This document shows positions 1 through 9,384 of a stretch of DNA of 64,000 nt, piece after piece. Within the stretch, counting starts at the first letter, position 1; each line of letters starts with the position of its first letter. Origin of the DNA: an uncultured Chloroflexia bacterium (GTDB taxonomy: Bacteria > Chloroflexota > Limnocylindria > Limnocylindrales > CSP1-4); contig OY970218.1 in the NCBI GenBank assembly GCA_963713975.1, positions 3,552,001 to 3,616,000 of the forward strand, given 5' to 3'. Made by a program: the position numbers and the translations under genes. The notes beneath the pieces were generated by a model, which saw nothing but the letters and a program-made list of their open reading frames with translations, was not told the origin of the DNA and did no database searches.

Positions 1-192
1 GGCCTCGGTCGTGATCGTGAATCCCGGCGGGGTCGGCAGGCCGGCGAGGGTCATCTCGGCCAGGCCGGCGCCCTTGCCGCCGAGCAGATCCTTCATGGTG
101 CCGTTGCCTTCGGCCGTGCCCGCGCCCCAGGCGTAGATGTAGCGCTTGGCGGCGGCGTGCGGCCGATCGGACGTGGTTGGGCTCTGGGCCAT
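1..192 (-). CDS. ppdK: Pyruvate, phosphate dikinase, N-terminal part (runs off the window edge)
   Basis: Manual translation [64 protein letters not shown] contains the PPDK N-terminal signature LLGGKGAxLAEM..[14 protein letters not shown]; AGGAG lies upstream; not in the ORF track. Confidence 0.9.
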   Translation of the reverse strand, partial: MAQSPTTSDRPHAAAKRYIYAWGAGTAEGNGTMKDLLGGKGAGLAEMTLAGLPTPPGFTITTEA

Positions 193-427
193 CGTGGTGG
201 GGCTCCTTGGTGCAACTGGCGGGCACGGTGGGACGCAGCCCGCGGTACCTCTTGGTCGATCACCGCAATTGTACGCCGCGGTGTCCCATCGGCCGGGTTT
301 CGCAGGGGCTGCCAAGGCATGGGCCGGAGCGCCCGCCGAATGGGGCCATTCGGCGGGATGCCGGGGGCCGAGCGGGGCTGTCCGCCGATCTCGCGTGCGA
401 GACGCCCGGTGAAGGCGCGGTTCGGCA

Positions 428-459
428 CGGCCCGGCGCGGCCCGGCGCGGCCCGGCGCG
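428..459. repeat. 10-bp tandem repeat (cggcccggcg) x3 just upstream of a candidate -10 box
   Basis: Seen directly; TACACT follows at 470-475. Confidence 0.7.
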
Positions 460-544
460 AGGCGGGCGGTACACTCAGGAACGGGTCGCGCGTCCCCGAC
501 GCACCCACCCGCTCGCATGCTTTCCGGTTCAGGAGCCCCATCCC

Positions 545-1354
545 GTGACCAGCCAGGCAGAGGACACCCGCGTAATCGACCAGCAGGCCGAGGCCTACAA
601 CGCGACCCTCGTGAAGCGCATCGACTTGACGTCCGACCTCGCGTACTTCTGGGTGAAGATGGATGGCACGGCCACGCCGTTCGAGCCCGGCCAGTACATG
701 ACCACCGGCGTCATGGCCGACGGCAAGCTGCTGCAGCGGCCGTACTCCGTCGCATCGGCGCCGTCCGTGGCCGACACCGAGGGCTACGAGCTGTTCGTGC
801 GCCACGTGCCCATCATCCGGTTTACCACCGCGCTCTGGCGGCTCGAGCTGGGGCACCGGATGCGGCTGATCGGGCCGAAGGGCAAGTTCATGCTGGAGCC
901 CGACGACTCCCGGACGCACCTGTACGTGTCGACCGGGACCGGGATCGCGCCGTTCGTCTCCATGGTCCGGGAGGGCATGGCCCAGGGCAAGCCGCGCAAG
1001 ACCGTGCTTATCAACGGCTGCTCCTTCGCGCCCGAGCTCGGCTACCGCGATGAGCTCGAAGGCTGGGGGCGGGACCCGGCGTACCGCCTCACGTACGTCC
1101 CCACGGTCTCGCGGCCCGACGACCCGCGCAACGCCGGCTGGACCGGACGGGTGGGCCGGGCCGAGCAGGTCATCACGGACACGTGCAAGGAGCTGGGGCT
1201 CAAGCCGGACCGCACCGTCGTCTACATCTGCGGCAACCCCGAGATGATCCTCAACGTGGAGCGGACGCTGATGGATCGCGGCTTCCCGGAGTTCCATGTG
1301 AAGAAGGAGCTCTACTGGCCAAAGGGGAAGGCCCCAGCTCCGACTCCGGGCTGA
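545..1354 (+). CDS. fpr: Ferredoxin/flavodoxin-NADP+ reductase (Fpr family)
   Basis: RPYS FAD motif, STGTGIAPF, YICGNPEM, C-terminal ELYW; GTG start with AGGAG at 531-535. Confidence 0.85.
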   Translation: MTSQAEDTRVIDQQAEAYNATLVKRIDLTSDLAYFWVKMDGTATPFEPGQYMTTGVMADGKLLQRPYSVASAPSVADTEGYELFVRHVPIIRFTTALWRLELGHRMRLIGPKGKFMLEPDDSRTHLYVSTGTGIAPFVSMVREGMAQGKPRKTVLINGCSFAPELGYRDELEGWGRDPAYRLTYVPTVSRPDDPRNAGWTGRVGRAEQVITDTCKELGLKPDRTVVYICGNPEMILNVERTLMDRGFPEFHVKKELYWPKGKAPAPTPG

Positions 1355-1597
1355 CGGCCACAGGTACCCCACCCGCGCCCGTCGGACGGCGGGCCCTCAG
1401 CGGCGCGCGCCGGACGCCCGGAGCCAGCATCCACCATCCGGGTGCATGATTGGGGCACACACCCAGCCCCGCAAAGGCCCCGCAATGGCCCGGCCCCGTC
1501 GTGACCTTCGGACCGCAGCGCGGGGCCATGGGCAGGTAACGTGCGCGCGACCCCATGGGCCACCATCTCTGGGGTCACCATCAACCAGCGAGGTTCC

Positions 1598-2455
1598 ATG
1601 CATTCCGTCGTCGAGCGCGAGCAGCTCTCCCCGAACGTCGTCCGCCTCGTCGTCGAGGCCCCCCGGATCGCCAAGATCCGGCGTCCCGGCCAGTTCGTCA
1701 TCGTCCGCAAGGGTCCGGGCTCCGAGCGCATCCCGCTGACGATCGCCGACAACGACGCCGAGGCAGGGACCATCACGCTGATGATCCAGGCGATCGGCGT
1801 CAGCACCACCGAGCTCACCGACCTCCAGGCCGGCGACGAGATCCAGGACGTGGCGGGCCCGCTCGGCCGCGAGACGGACCTGATCTCGTCCGGCCACGCC
1901 GTCTGCGTCGGCGGTGGCGTGGGCACCGCGGTCATCCTGCCCATCGTCCGGGCCCTCTCGGAGAATGGCGTCCACGTGACGAGCGTGATCGGCGGCCGCT
2001 CCAAGGAGTGGGTCATCCTGGAGCCGGAGCTCCGGGCGTGCGGCGATGTCGTCGTGTGCACGGATGACGGCTCGTACGGCCGTCACGGCTTCGTCACCCA
2101 GGCGCTCAAGGACCTGCTCGACGCGGGCGGCGTCGATGCGGTCTACGCGATCGGGCCCGTGCCGATGATGAAGGCCGTCTCCGAGATGACCCAGCCGTAC
2201 GACGTCGAGACGACGGTCTCGCTCAACGCGATCATGGTCGACGGGACCGGGATGTGCGGCGGCTGCCGCGTGACCATCGCGGGTGAGACCAAGTACGCAT
2301 GCGTCGACGGCCCCGAGTTCAACGCCCACGACGTCAACTTCCAGGAGCTCGCCGACCGCCTGACCACCTACCGCTCCTTCGAGACCAAGGCGCTCGCGCA
2401 GCAGAAGGAGGAGGAGGCCAAGGGCGCCTGCGCAACCACCGAGGTGAAGGCATGA
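1598..2455 (+). CDS. nfnA: NfnA/SudB-type FAD/NAD-binding [2Fe-2S] subunit of electron-bifurcating transhydrogenase
   Basis: PGQFVI, ERIPLTI, GPLG, GGGVG, GPVPMMKAV, MVDGTGMCGGCRV..CVDGPEF; ATGA overlap with a GltD-like gene. Confidence 0.85.
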   Translation: MHSVVEREQLSPNVVRLVVEAPRIAKIRRPGQFVIVRKGPGSERIPLTIADNDAEAGTITLMIQAIGVSTTELTDLQAGDEIQDVAGPLGRETDLISSGHAVCVGGGVGTAVILPIVRALSENGVHVTSVIGGRSKEWVILEPELRACGDVVVCTDDGSYGRHGFVTQALKDLLDAGGVDAVYAIGPVPMMKAVSEMTQPYDVETTVSLNAIMVDGTGMCGGCRVTIAGETKYACVDGPEFNAHDVNFQELADRLTTYRSFETKALAQQKEEEAKGACATTEVKA

Positions 2456-3978
2456 CCGAGCCCGCGTCCCCGGTGCCGGCCGACGAGGACGGTGCCGCAG
2501 CTCCCCAGAAGGCCCCGCTCAGCAACAAGGAGCGGATGACGATCGGCCGGGTCTCGATGCCCGAGCAGGCCGGTGAGGTCCGGGCCCAGAACTTCGAAGA
2601 GGTCAACCTGGGCCTCTCCTACCAACTGGCGATGATGGAGGCGGAGCGCTGCATCCAGTGCCCCAAGCCGTTCTGCGTCGACGGCTGCCCGGTCCGGGTC
2701 GACATCCCGCGCTTCATCAAGTTCCTGCGCGACGGCGACCTGCCGTCGGCCGCGGAGAGCCTCCTCAGCGACAACGCCCTGCCGTGCGTCACCGGCCGCG
2801 TCTGCCCGCAGGAGAGCCAGTGTGAGGGCGTCTGCATCCGGACCAAGAAGGGTGACTCGGTGGCCATCGGCTACCTCGAGCAATTCGTCGCGGACTGGGC
2901 GCTCCAGCACCTCGACGAGCTGCCCAAGGCACAGCCCGTCGCGACCGGCAAGAAGGTCGGCATCGTGGGCTCCGGCCCGGCCGGTCTGACGGCGGCGGGC
3001 GAGCTTGCCCGCAAGGGCCACGACGTGACGGTGTTCGAGGCGTTCCACGCCCCCGGTGGCGTCCTGATCTACGGCATCCCGGAGTTCCGCCTGCCCAAGG
3101 ACATCGTCCAGGCGGAGGTTGACCGGCTGGTGGCTGATGGCGTCAAGATCGAGGTCGACGCGATCGTCGGCCGGACCTACACCGTCCCCGAGCTGCGGGA
3201 GGAGTACGACGCGCTGTTCCTGGCCGTGGGCGCGGGCCTGCCGGTGTTCATGAACGTCCCCGGCGAGAACTACAAGGGCGTGTACTCGGCCAATGAGTAC
3301 CTGACCCGCGTCAACCTGATGGGCGCCTGGAGCCCGGACTCCAAGACCCCGATCCTCCACGGCCAGCGGGTCGTGGTCGTCGGTGGTGGCAACGTGGCCA
3401 TGGATGCGGTCCGGACCGCCAAGCGGCTCGGCGCGACCGAGGCAACGATCGTCTACCGCCGGTCCTTCGACGAGCTGCCTGCCCGGAAGGAGGAGGTCCA
3501 CCACGCCAAGGACGAGGGCGTCCGGTTCGAGCTGCTGACCGCCCCGGAGGAGGTCCTCGCCGACGACGAGCGGTGGGTGACCGGCCTGCGCTGCAGCAAG
3601 ATGGAGCTTGGCGAGCCGGATGCGAGCGGCCGCCGCCGGCCCATCAAGATCAAGGGCTCGGAGCACGTCATCGACTGCGACCTCGTGGTCGTGGCCATCG
3701 GCACCCGGGCCAACCCGCTGCTCACCGGCAGTGCCCCCGAGCTCAAGGTCAACGAGTACGGCTACATGATCACGGACGAGTTCGGCATGACCAGCATGCC
3801 GGGCGTGTTCGCCGGTGGCGACATCGTGCGGGGCGCGGCGACCGTGATCCTGGCCATGGGCGACGGCAAGGACTCCGCGAAGGCCATCGACTCCTACCTC
3901 AACGGCGTCTGGCCACCCGTCGCTCCCGTGGAGGCGACGAAGGAGAACGTCAAGGCGACCGCAGCCGCGAAGGGCTGA
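2452..3978 (+). CDS. nfnB: NfnB/SudA (GltD-like) NADPH-dependent flavin/Fe-S large subunit
   Basis: CIQCxxxxCxxGCP, TGRVCPQESQCEGVC, GSGPAG, YGIPEFRLP, GGGNVAMD, YRR, FAGGD; no gltB nearby. Confidence 0.85.
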   Translation: MTEPASPVPADEDGAAAPQKAPLSNKERMTIGRVSMPEQAGEVRAQNFEEVNLGLSYQLAMMEAERCIQCPKPFCVDGCPVRVDIPRFIKFLRDGDLPSAAESLLSDNALPCVTGRVCPQESQCEGVCIRTKKGDSVAIGYLEQFVADWALQHLDELPKAQPVATGKKVGIVGSGPAGLTAAGELARKGHDVTVFEAFHAPGGVLIYGIPEFRLPKDIVQAEVDRLVADGVKIEVDAIVGRTYTVPELREEYDALFLAVGAGLPVFMNVPGENYKGVYSANEYLTRVNLMGAWSPDSKTPILHGQRVVVVGGGNVAMDAVRTAKRLGATEATIVYRRSFDELPARKEEVHHAKDEGVRFELLTAPEEVLADDERWVTGLRCSKMELGEPDASGRRRPIKIKGSEHVIDCDLVVVAIGTRANPLLTGSAPELKVNEYGYMITDEFGMTSMPGVFAGGDIVRGAATVILAMGDGKDSAKAIDSYLNGVWPPVAPVEATKENVKATAAAKG

Positions 3979-4013
3979 GCGCCCGCGGGGCGGAAACGCT
4001 ATCCGCATCTCCA

Positions 4014-4040
4014 GGCGGGCGACGCCCAGCGTTGCCCGCC
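4014..4040 (+). terminator. Stem-loop after nfnB, possible terminator
   Basis: ggcgggcgacgc-cca-gcgttgcccgcc, a 12-bp stem with one G-U pair; weak U tail; second hairpin at 4043-4086. Confidence 0.45.
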
Positions 4041-4408
4041 GTTCCATGTCCGTGCGCTCCGGGGATGGGCGCGATCGCGACATGGATGGGCGCAGCCGTC
4101 TGAGGAATGCCTTCACGACGACCGCGCCCGTGTCGCTGACTCTGGAACGCCCCGGCAGGACGCTCCATGACCCGGGAGTCCCCCGCGGTGCTGGCGGGCA
4201 CCGGACTGCCGTGCGGTGCGCGGGCGCGACGCCGCGCAGATCCGGGTTGGTGTCGACTGTTCAGGCGTCGATCGGCGGCTCGGACAGGCGCGGGCCCAGG
4301 ACCCGCGCGATCACCGCCGCCACCCGCGCGACGTCCACGGGTTCCGGCTGGTAGGGCCCGAGCCCTCCGTCATCGGGCAAGGTGTGCGTGGCGCGCACGG
4401 AATTCGGT

Positions 4409-4502
4409 CGCGAAGGTCGCCTCCGTGCCTGGGACGCACTGGGACGACGCAGTGGTCGTCGATGTCGGGCGCGCGAAGGTCGTCACCGTGCCTGGGGCGC
4501 AC
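4409..4502. repeat. Two 31-bp imperfect direct repeats (28/31 identical) separated by 32 bp
   Basis: cgcgaaggtcgcctccgtgcctgggacgcac at 4409-4439 and cgcgaaggtcgtcaccgtgcctggggcgcac at 4472-4502. Confidence 0.75.
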
Positions 4503-4593
4503 ACCCGCCGCGGCCCGCGCCCGACTTCGTGCCCGCGGCACACGGCGCGCGGCTCCCGGACTGCCGCACGCACAGGCCCCGGCCCGGCCAACC

Positions 4594-6003
4594 CTAGGGC
4601 CGGACGGCGTCCATCCGGTCCATGATCAGGCGCTTCACGCCCTCCACGGGGACCCGCTCCTGGGTCATGGAATCGCGGTCACGGATCGTGACCGCCCCGT
4701 CCTCCAGCGAGTCCACGTCCACGGTCACGCACCACGGCGTGCCGATCTCGTCCTGGCGCCGGTACAGCTTCCCGATCGCGGCGGTGTCGTCGTAGACGGC
4801 CATCATGTCGCGCTTGAGGTCGCCGAGAAGGCGATGGCACAGCTCCACGATCTCGGGTCGCTTCTTGAGCAGCGGGAGGACGGCCACCTTGTACGGCGCC
4901 AGGTCGGGGTGCAGGCCCAGCACGACCCGCGTATCCTCGCGGACCTGCTCCTCGCGGTAGGCGTCGATCAGGAACGTGAAGGCCGCACGGTCGGCTCCGG
5001 CGGCGGTCTCGACGATCCACGGGATGAAGTGCTCGCCCGAAGCCTGGTCGAAATACTCGAGGTTCTCGCCGGACGACTTGGCGTGGTTGCCAAGGTCGAA
5101 GTCGCCACGGTTGTGGATCCCCTCGAGCTCCTTCCAGCCGAACGGGAAGCGGTATTCCACGTCGATCGCCTTCTTGGCGTAGTGGGCAAGTTCGTCCGGC
5201 GCGTGCTCCCGGAACCGGAGGCGGGACGGCGTCACGCCATACGCCTCGTACCAGGCCTTGCGCCGGGGCAGCCAGAACTCGAAGGCCTCCGCGGCACCCT
5301 CCTCCGGGCGCACGAAGTACTGCATCTCCATCTGCTCGAACTCGCGCATCCGGAACACGAAGTTGCCCGGGCTGATCTCGTTGCGGAAGGACTTGCCGAC
5401 CTGCGCGATGCCGAACGGGATCTTCTTGCGCGAGCTCTGCTGGACGTTCTTGAAGTTGACGTAGCTGCCCTGCGCGGTCTCCGGGCGGAAGTAGACGATG
5501 GATCCCTCGTCCTCGACAGGGCCCATGTGCGAGGTGAACATGAGGTTGAACCGGCGGGGCGGCGACAGGGGGCCGCCGTCGTTGGGGCACACCAGGCCCA
5601 GTCGGGCGACGACGGTCTCGTCACGGAGATCGGTCGCCGACAGGTCCTCGGCACCGGGCAGCTCATCCAGACGGAACCGGCGGCGGCAGGTCGCGCACTC
5701 GACCAGCGGATCGCTGAAGGACCCCACGTGGCCGGAGGTGACCCAGACCTGCGGGTGCATCAGGATCCCGGCATCCAGGCCGACGATGTCGTTGCGGTCC
5801 TGGACCATCGCGCGCCACCAGGCCCGCTTCACGTTGTTCTTGAGCTCCACGCCCAAGGGCCCGTAGTCCCACACGGCGTTGATGCCACCGTAGATCTCGG
5901 ACGACGGGAAGATGAAGCCGCGGCGCTTGGACAGCGAGACGATGGTCTCGAGGCTGGCCACGGCGGGCGCGACGGCGTTGGGATCAACGATGGGGTCGGT
6001 CAC
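4594..6003 (-). CDS. glyQS: Glycine--tRNA ligase, homodimeric GlyQS type
   Basis: [71 protein letters not shown]. Confidence 0.95.
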   Translation of the reverse strand: MTDPIVDPNAVAPAVASLETIVSLSKRRGFIFPSSEIYGGINAVWDYGPLGVELKNNVKRAWWRAMVQDRNDIVGLDAGILMHPQVWVTSGHVGSFSDPLVECATCRRRFRLDELPGAEDLSATDLRDETVVARLGLVCPNDGGPLSPPRRFNLMFTSHMGPVEDEGSIVYFRPETAQGSYVNFKNVQQSSRKKIPFGIAQVGKSFRNEISPGNFVFRMREFEQMEMQYFVRPEEGAAEAFEFWLPRRKAWYEAYGVTPSRLRFREHAPDELAHYAKKAIDVEYRFPFGWKELEGIHNRGDFDLGNHAKSSGENLEYFDQASGEHFIPWIVETAAGADRAAFTFLIDAYREEQVREDTRVVLGLHPDLAPYKVAVLPLLKKRPEIVELCHRLLGDLKRDMMAVYDDTAAIGKLYRRQDEIGTPWCVTVDVDSLEDGAVTIRDRDSMTQERVPVEGVKRLIMDRMDAVRP

Positions 6004-6131
6004 GAGGGGACTCCGAGGGCCCGCGGCCTTGGCAGGGACACGGGCAGGCGATGGCTGGACGGGACGCGGCCGACTCTAGCAGACGGGCGCCCGGCCCCAT
6101 GGAGCGGGCCTCGCCGCGAACCCCCGGAACC

Positions 6132-6926
6132 TCAGGCTCCCGATTCGAAGCGGTAGCCCAGGCCGTACTCAGTGGCGATGAACGTCCGGTCCGGCGATGC
6201 GGCGGCAAGCTTCGCGCGCAGGTTGCGCATGGTCACCCGGAGCAGCTGGGTCTCCTCGCCGTAGGCGGGGCCCCAGACGCCGCGCAGGAGCTCCGCGTGG
6301 CTGCGGAGCGTCCCCGGATGACGGGCAAGCGTGACCAGGAGCCGGAACTCCGTGGGCGTCAGGTGGACCTCGGCCGCCTCCCCCATCACCCGGTGCGTGA
6401 CGAGCTCGATGCGCAGGCCAGGAACCTCGATGGGCTCCTGGTCGTGCGGGACTTCCACGAACTGCACCCGGCGCAACGCCGCCGCGATCCGCGCCACGAG
6501 CTCGGACATGCGGACAGGCTTCGTCAGGTAGTCGTCCGCACCGGCTACCAGGCCGCGGACGACGTCGGCTTCGGAGCCCATCGCCGTGACCATCAGGACG
6601 GGCACCGTGCTGACCCCGCGGATCCACTCGATCACCGCCCAACCGTCCATGCCGGGAAGGTTGAGATCAAGGAGCACGAGCTCCGGCTCCTCTGCTCCGA
6701 ACAGGCGCGTCGCCTCCAGCCCGTCGGCTGCGACCGCGGTACGCCATCCATGGCGGCTGACCCACAGCTCCACGAGGTCCCGGAACTCGGGCTCGTCCTC
6801 CACGATCAGCACCAGCTCGCCGTGCCCGGGCTGTGGGCGGGACGGCGACGGGGGCGGGACGTTCCGCAGGCCATTGGGCGGCCGTGAGCCGTCGACGGGC
6901 AGGGGGCCGCTTCCTTCCCGGCTCAT
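6132..6926 (-). CDS. OmpR/KdpE-family DNA-binding response regulator
   Basis: Receiver VEDE..LLDLNLPGMDG..VTA..DDYLTKP; winged helix LTPTEFRLL..LRAKL..TEYGLGYRF; ATGA overlap with the kinase gene. Confidence 0.9.
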   Translation of the reverse strand: MSREGSGPLPVDGSRPPNGLRNVPPPSPSRPQPGHGELVLIVEDEPEFRDLVELWVSRHGWRTAVAADGLEATRLFGAEEPELVLLDLNLPGMDGWAVIEWIRGVSTVPVLMVTAMGSEADVVRGLVAGADDYLTKPVRMSELVARIAAALRRVQFVEVPHDQEPIEVPGLRIELVTHRVMGEAAEVHLTPTEFRLLVTLARHPGTLRSHAELLRGVWGPAYGEETQLLRVTMRNLRAKLAAASPDRTFIATEYGLGYRFESGA

Positions 6927-8533
6927 GCCGGCGTCGCATCCGGCTGGTCCCCGCCCGGCGTCGTGGCGCGGCCCGCGATCGGCATGCTGAACGAGATGGC
7001 GCTGCGATCCGATCCCGGCTCCACCCAGATCCGGCCGCCGTGCGCCTCCACGAGGCGGCGGCACACGTGGAGCCCGATGCCGCGGGCCCCCGGCCAGGTC
7101 TCGCGCGCATTCCGCCCCCGGTACAAGCGATCGAACACGAGCACCCGCTCATCGGGCGGGATGCCGGGACCGTCGTCCTCCACCGTGACCACCACCACCC
7201 CCTGGTGCTGCCGCGCGCCGATCGCGATCGACCCCGGCCCACCGTACTTGCGAGCGTTGTCGACGAGGTTCACCAGGACGTGTCCGACCTGGACGGCATC
7301 CACGTCCACCGGCGGCAGATCGGCCGGCAGCCTCACGAGGATCGGCGGCATGCCGGGCCACTCGCCGAGTCCTCCGATCACGGTCTCCAGCATCGTCGCC
7401 ACGTCGGTGCGAGTCCTGTGGAGTGCGAGGCTGGCGTGCTCGAGCTGCGTCAGGTCCAACAGCTCATCAACGAGCTGTTGCAGGCGACCGGCGGCGGCCC
7501 CGATCCGCTCGACGGAGCGCCGCTGGGCCACCGGATCGAGGCCGAGGTCGAGCAGGCTGTCCACGTACCCGGAGATCAGGGCCAGCGGCGTCCGCAGCTC
7601 GTGGGAGACCGCGGCCAGGAAGCTCCCCCGGAGTTCCTCGGCTGCGTGATCCGGACGAAGGTCACGGAGCACCACCACGGCGCCGTGCTCGGGGCCCGGC
7701 ATGGCGGAGAACGAGGCCGCCACCGGGATCTCGGCCCCGGCCCAGGCCGGCAGCCGCAGCTCGGTATCCACGATCCTGTCCGGTCCGGCCATCACCTCCT
7801 CGAAGCGGCATCGCGGCCCACAGCGCAGCCCGTCCCCCTGCGCACACCCCAGGACGGTCTCGCAGGTCGCCGGGTCTGCCGGCAGCCGCCCCCCGAGCAG
7901 CGACACGGCCGCCCGGTTCATGCGGACCACGAACCGCTGCTCGTCCACGGCCACGATCCCCTCGGTGGCCCCGTCGAGGATCGCGGAGAGGAGCGCCTGC
8001 TCGCCGGCGAGCGCAGCGCGCAGCTGCGCCGCCCGGAACGCGATCGCCAGCTCGTGCCGCGCGAGCCCGAGCAACCTGATTCGATCCGGTGCCAGCTCCA
8101 CGCCCGCCGCTGGGCGCAGGGCGACGAACCCGACCACGCGCGCGCCGAGCCTCCCCTCACCCAGGGCCCGACGCTCTTCGAGCGAGACGCCCTGCCATCC
8201 ATGGTCGTGGGCCCAGGTGATTGCCGCCACGGCCGATGGGAAGCTGGCCGGAAGTGCCGGCGAGGGTGCCGCCACACGGTCCGGGTCGGCGGCGACGAGG
8301 CGAAGGTCGTCCTCGTCCGGCGTCGCGAGCCACATGGCGCCGTCCACGGCATCGGTGGCCCGGACGAGCTCCCCGATGACCGATCCCGCCATGAGGGCCA
8401 CGTCATCGCCCAGGGCGAGGAGCTGGCTCAGCTGGTACTGCGCGAAGACGGTGTCCGCCTGGCGCTGCGCCTCCTCGAGGCTCGTGCGGAGCTCCGCCTC
8501 GGTCAGGGCGGCCATCCCGGTTCGCTGTGTCAT
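6923..8533 (-). CDS. Soluble sensor histidine kinase (GAF-like + PAS + HisKA + HATPase)
   Basis: H box VSHELRTPL, N box NLVDNARKY, G1 EDDGPGIP, G2 GIGL..EAHGGRIW; PAS start ILDGATEGIVAVDEQ..MNRAA; no hydrophobic TM stretch seen. Confidence 0.88.
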   Translation of the reverse strand: MTQRTGMAALTEAELRTSLEEAQRQADTVFAQYQLSQLLALGDDVALMAGSVIGELVRATDAVDGAMWLATPDEDDLRLVAADPDRVAAPSPALPASFPSAVAAITWAHDHGWQGVSLEERRALGEGRLGARVVGFVALRPAAGVELAPDRIRLLGLARHELAIAFRAAQLRAALAGEQALLSAILDGATEGIVAVDEQRFVVRMNRAAVSLLGGRLPADPATCETVLGCAQGDGLRCGPRCRFEEVMAGPDRIVDTELRLPAWAGAEIPVAASFSAMPGPEHGAVVVLRDLRPDHAAEELRGSFLAAVSHELRTPLALISGYVDSLLDLGLDPVAQRRSVERIGAAAGRLQQLVDELLDLTQLEHASLALHRTRTDVATMLETVIGGLGEWPGMPPILVRLPADLPPVDVDAVQVGHVLVNLVDNARKYGGPGSIAIGARQHQGVVVVTVEDDGPGIPPDERVLVFDRLYRGRNARETWPGARGIGLHVCRRLVEAHGGRIWVEPGSDRSAISFSMPIAGRATTPGGDQPDATPA

Positions 8534-9273
8534 TGCCCGTGCCTGCCGGACGCAAGGAGGGCTCGGAACAGGAGGTAGCAGGACGTGGCCCCGGGGTCCT
8601 GGTGACCGCGGGATCGCTCGCCCAGGCGCAGCGCCAGTCCGCGCCGCGCCACCATCGGCGTCGTGGCGTGCATGCCGTCCCGTGCCGCGCGGATGGCGGA
8701 CCGGATCGCCGCCTCCCGACCCGCGCCCGCCGCGATCGCCGCCGCGAAGGCATCGGCGGCTGGTCGCAGCGAGTCGTAGATGGTCTTGTCCCCCATCCGG
8801 CACCTGCCTCGTCGCGCCAGTCCCTCCGCGGCGGCATCCAGCGCCCGGGCGGTGTCCTCCGGCGCGAGCGCCCGCAGGCCCGCGACCGCGATGCCGGCCT
8901 CGATGAAGGCCGTCCCGTACAGGGAACCCCCCGCCCCGCCGACACCAGAGACCAGCTGGTGCCCCAGCCGGCGCAGGACGTCCCCCACATCGTCTGAAGT
9001 GCCCGCCGGCTCGAGGGCCCGGACCGCGTCGCCAAAACCCGCGGCCATGTTCTCGCCGTGGTCGCCGTCACCGAGCTCTGCGTCCAGGCGGTCGAGGAGG
9101 ATCCGGTTCCGGGCGAGCAGGCGGAACGCCCGGACGACGACCGCTGTCAGGTCGGTCCCGTCGAACGACCCCGACGGATGGCCGTCGCTGCGCCCGATGC
9201 CGCCACCTGGCCGGCTCCCGGTGTCGCCCGCGGGGTGGAGCGTGGAGGGCTCATCGCCGCTGCGGGTGCTCAT
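8530..9273 (-). CDS. DhaL-like (DAK2) ADP-binding protein, divergent paralog
   Basis: [39 protein letters not shown]; start uncertain; stop overlaps the kinase ATG. Confidence 0.85.
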   Translation of the reverse strand: MSTRSGDEPSTLHPAGDTGSRPGGGIGRSDGHPSGSFDGTDLTAVVVRAFRLLARNRILLDRLDAELGDGDHGENMAAGFGDAVRALEPAGTSDDVGDVLRRLGHQLVSGVGGAGGSLYGTAFIEAGIAVAGLRALAPEDTARALDAAAEGLARRGRCRMGDKTIYDSLRPAADAFAAAIAAGAGREAAIRSAIRAARDGMHATTPMVARRGLALRLGERSRGHQDPGATSCYLLFRALLASGRHGQ

Positions 9274-9384
9274 GCTCCAGCGTAGTGTATGGCCCAGCGC
9301 CGGTCCCGCGGACGGCTCGCCGCGATCGCCTGGGCGAGATGCGGCGGCTCGATGCGCAACGGCGCCGAACGGAGGATCGTCGGC

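Noticed and set aside
2452-3978. Glutamate synthase small subunit
   Set aside because: No gltB, and the gene is translationally coupled to an NfnA/SudB-type gene
4052-4400. Group IIC intron remnant (GTGCG after a stem-loop, plus short words resembling domain I)
   Set aside because: No domain V/VI, no RT ORF, and the spacing does not fit; likely chance in GC-rich DNA
4409-4543. CRISPR array (31-bp repeat, 32-bp spacer)
   Set aside because: Only two imperfect copies, the third partial copy is off-period, there is no AT-rich leader and no cas genes in the window
6004-6131. T-box riboswitch upstream of glyQS
   Set aside because: The region is short and has no UGGNACC T-box sequence
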